The position numbers and the translations under genes are program-made. A stretch of 57,752 nucleotides of DNA, taken from positions 1 through 57,752 of the forward strand of contig JBGAML010000024.1 of assembly GCA_044223005.1 (NCBI GenBank), written 5' to 3'. The stretch is from Candidatus Eiseniibacteriota bacterium (GTDB lineage: Bacteria; Eisenbacteria; RBG-16-71-46). Below the pieces are notes generated by a model, which worked only from the letters and a program-made list of their open reading frames with translations, searched no databases and was not told the DNA's origin. Shown here piece after piece: positions 56,701-57,752 of this stretch (positions are counted from its first letter, which is position 1; each line of letters opens with the position of its first letter).

Positions 56701-57752
56701 CGTCGTGAACGCGAGGAACGGCAGCTTCTGGCGCGCGTTCAGTTCTCCGACCGCGGTCACGCTGTCCTCGAAGAAGAGCCGGAAGTACTCCTCCTGGTAG
56801 AGCTGGCCCGTCGCCGGGAAGTCGAAGCGCGACGAGCCGACGTTGGTCACCGCGCCACCGTTGGGATTGAGCAGGAACGCCTCGCCGATGCACGGGAAGT
56901 CGATCGCGACCGACGTGCAGTTGATGGCGTAGAGGTTCATCAGCTTGTTGCCGTTGGTGAACGCGAGCGCGTCGGGGTTCGTGAGCGACGCGCCACCGAC
57001 CTCCATCACGTTGCGGTAGCCGTGGCCGATATGCAGCCCGAGCCCGTAGCCCACGTTGATCGAGTCGATCACCGCCTGCCGCGTCTCCGGCACCACGCCC
57101 GCGCGCCACTGCGGATCGGTGTAGTTCTCGTAGAGCCGGGCCACGTGCAGGCCGGGCTCCATGTCGGTGTACGGGAGCATCTGCTCGGCGTACATCGCGC
57201 CGTCGATCGAGGGCGTCGTGCCGGACGTCCACGGGTGCGGGAAGAGCACCTCGGCGAAGAACATCCAGCGGTCCTCGTAGGTGCCGAGCGGCGTCTTCTC
57301 GTACTGCAGCGTCTTGTTGACGAACACCTGCGCATCCGCCGGCGTGGTCACCGGCGCGCGGCCCACGTACACCTCGGGCATCAGGTCGGCGTTGTCGCCG
57401 CCACCGAGCCCGTTCGAGCCCTCGCCGTAGAGGCTGTCGCCGTCGGCGTTCCAGTTGCCGTCGAGGCAGCTGTAGTAGAGGTCGGTCGCGATCATCTCGC
57501 CGCCGTAGAAGTTGGTCTGGCCGAGACGGGCCGGGATCACGTCGGTGTCACCGCCGAGCAGCACCCACTTGGCGCCCCAGCGCGTGTACGCGTCACGCAG
57601 GAACAGCCGGACCCGCTCGGCGTCGTCCGCCGCCGAGGGGTACTGGCCCTGGATGAACGACACCGTCCGCACCACCGCCGGCAGGCCCGTCTGCGTCTTC
57701 CAGTCCGCCAGCTGCTGGAACACCGGCGCCATCGCGTCGTTCGTCACGATCA
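53704..57752 (-). CDS. Peptidase C25 (gingipain family) with FN3, FG-GAP repeats and T9SS-like CTD (5' end outside the window)
   Basis: LADWKTQTG, WVLLGGDTDVIPAR, TDLYYSCLDGNW, PEVYVGRAPV, HIGHG (His), AINC (Cys), LGDPEL; FN3 GYNVYRS...YYYRVTAVDSSGNES; repeats DLDGDGK.E/DINGDG; CTD PSPNP...LAIYDLTGRRVAT...WDLRD..G....GGVYFARF. Confidence 0.92.
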   Translation of the reverse strand, partial: IVTNDAMAPVFQQLADWKTQTGLPAVVRTVSFIQGQYPSAADDAERVRLFLRDAYTRWGAKWVLLGGDTDVIPARLGQTNFYGGEMIATDLYYSCLDGNWNADGDSLYGEGSNGLGGGDNADLMPEVYVGRAPVTTPADAQVFVNKTLQYEKTPLGTYEDRWMFFAEVLFPHPWTSGTTPSIDGAMYAEQMLPYTDMEPGLHVARLYENYTDPQWRAGVVPETRQAVIDSINVGYGLGLHIGHGYRNVMEVGGASLTNPDALAFTNGNKLMNLYAINCTSVAIDFPCIGEAFLLNPNGGAVTNVGSSRFDFPATGQLYQEEYFRLFFEDSVTAVGELNARQKLPFLAFTTYDGVDRWTQMTLLELGDPELRMWRSRPGTLAVTAPATISVADTTIAVQVQQDGLPLANARVTAYRAGNDFETGLTDAAGAVVLPFRPDLAGGTVTLTVTAYNARPWQGTATIAAAGAPVIVQAGVTVVDDGSNGTIGDAGASLDAGETVDLRVTLANRGGGASGALSADLSTTDPQVTILNGTVGYGAIGAGGSGAAASPASGFRISVPYTMADQREIPFQLVITDGVGGSWRQAFQLVAHAPELRTYAHGETETPGNGNGRPEAGETVNYTISLRNNGTGIAHGVSLVLRSLDGLSAISDSTSSYGDLAPGATVAGDAVTFMPLSTLAKLQVVLSDQDGVLGTQTLDLTYPSTPVSLLGIGTASGVALTWAHSSAADLTGYNVYRSSALAGPFTKVTPVPTDRISYYTDGGLAPLTQYYYRVTAVDSSGNESSQSLTSSASTNPPAHAIFPVPMGRTTPGNVALEALYSNTQMDIAAGSDVLYVLHADGSAPVDADGSGSTLGDFTRRGGYYASGASLAVLDPAQGWSVIGTSWDSLGVYVFDKNGALRSGFPLYINSSIWSGVAVGDLDGDGKSEMCFASNGNNFYVVRSNGSEWMDGDGIPGTKGVFKVLGSNNNYGTPALADLDGDGKPEIVYGSRDGKLYAWKADGSNLPGFPFVTTSPITCSAAIGYLDGPGDTSPEIVFANEADSIYVLEPNGTRRPGWPVWMRAQGSSKIPSPAIADMNNDGVNDIVFQSTNGGVYCYYANGVGMPGLYGLRYSTLTAGASESSPIVADINGDGWNDILCGGETAQLTAFSGANGQVLAGFPIQLSGEVRGTPAVADIDRDGKTEIVLSDWDKNLYVWDYDFPFQPNGTPPWPQFHHDARRTGFAGAKVFVSDVEGGPLAGGEVRDLEFAPPSPNPVHGTSRMWFGVPASLAGQTYELAIYDLTGRRVATVDRGIAKTGRFSLAWDLRDAGRSPVRGGVYFARFAIGSQSRGGDRTGHRPARLTGARAAP

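Overview
High-GC chromosomal window from a diderm bacterium. The gene content (PorV-like barrel, proteins with T9SS-type C-terminal sorting domains, a C25 gingipain-family protease, a GWxTD protein) suggests an FCB-related lineage such as Ca. Eisenbacteria; this is inference only. Left part: mreC-mreB; a divergent operon of an uncharacterised beta-barrel and two paralogous lipoproteins behind a sigma54-like site; glutamate dehydrogenase; a TonB-dependent receptor / CTD cargo / PorV-like triad; a porin-like protein with a long structured leader. Middle: GWxTD-NlpC/P60 and M6-M23 peptidase pairs; a T-box-controlled ileS; a deoxynucleoside kinase; a candidate ECF-sigma-driven small RNA. Right: a ~23 kb sigma54-type Wzy-dependent polysaccharide locus with exosortase, EpsI, a TPR lipoprotein and PrsK/PrsR; an epimerase; tRNA-Glu, tRNA-Gln and gltX; and a large C25 protease cut by the window edge. 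No mobile element, integrase or CRISPR array was seen. The best candidates for undescribed biology are the TBDR-cargo-PorV module, the barrel plus twin-lipoprotein operon, the small RNA, and the exosortase locus with two fused phosphoglycosyl transferase domains. Start codons were re-chosen by eye from RBS and stop/start overlaps. Family calls rest on motif recognition, not database searches.
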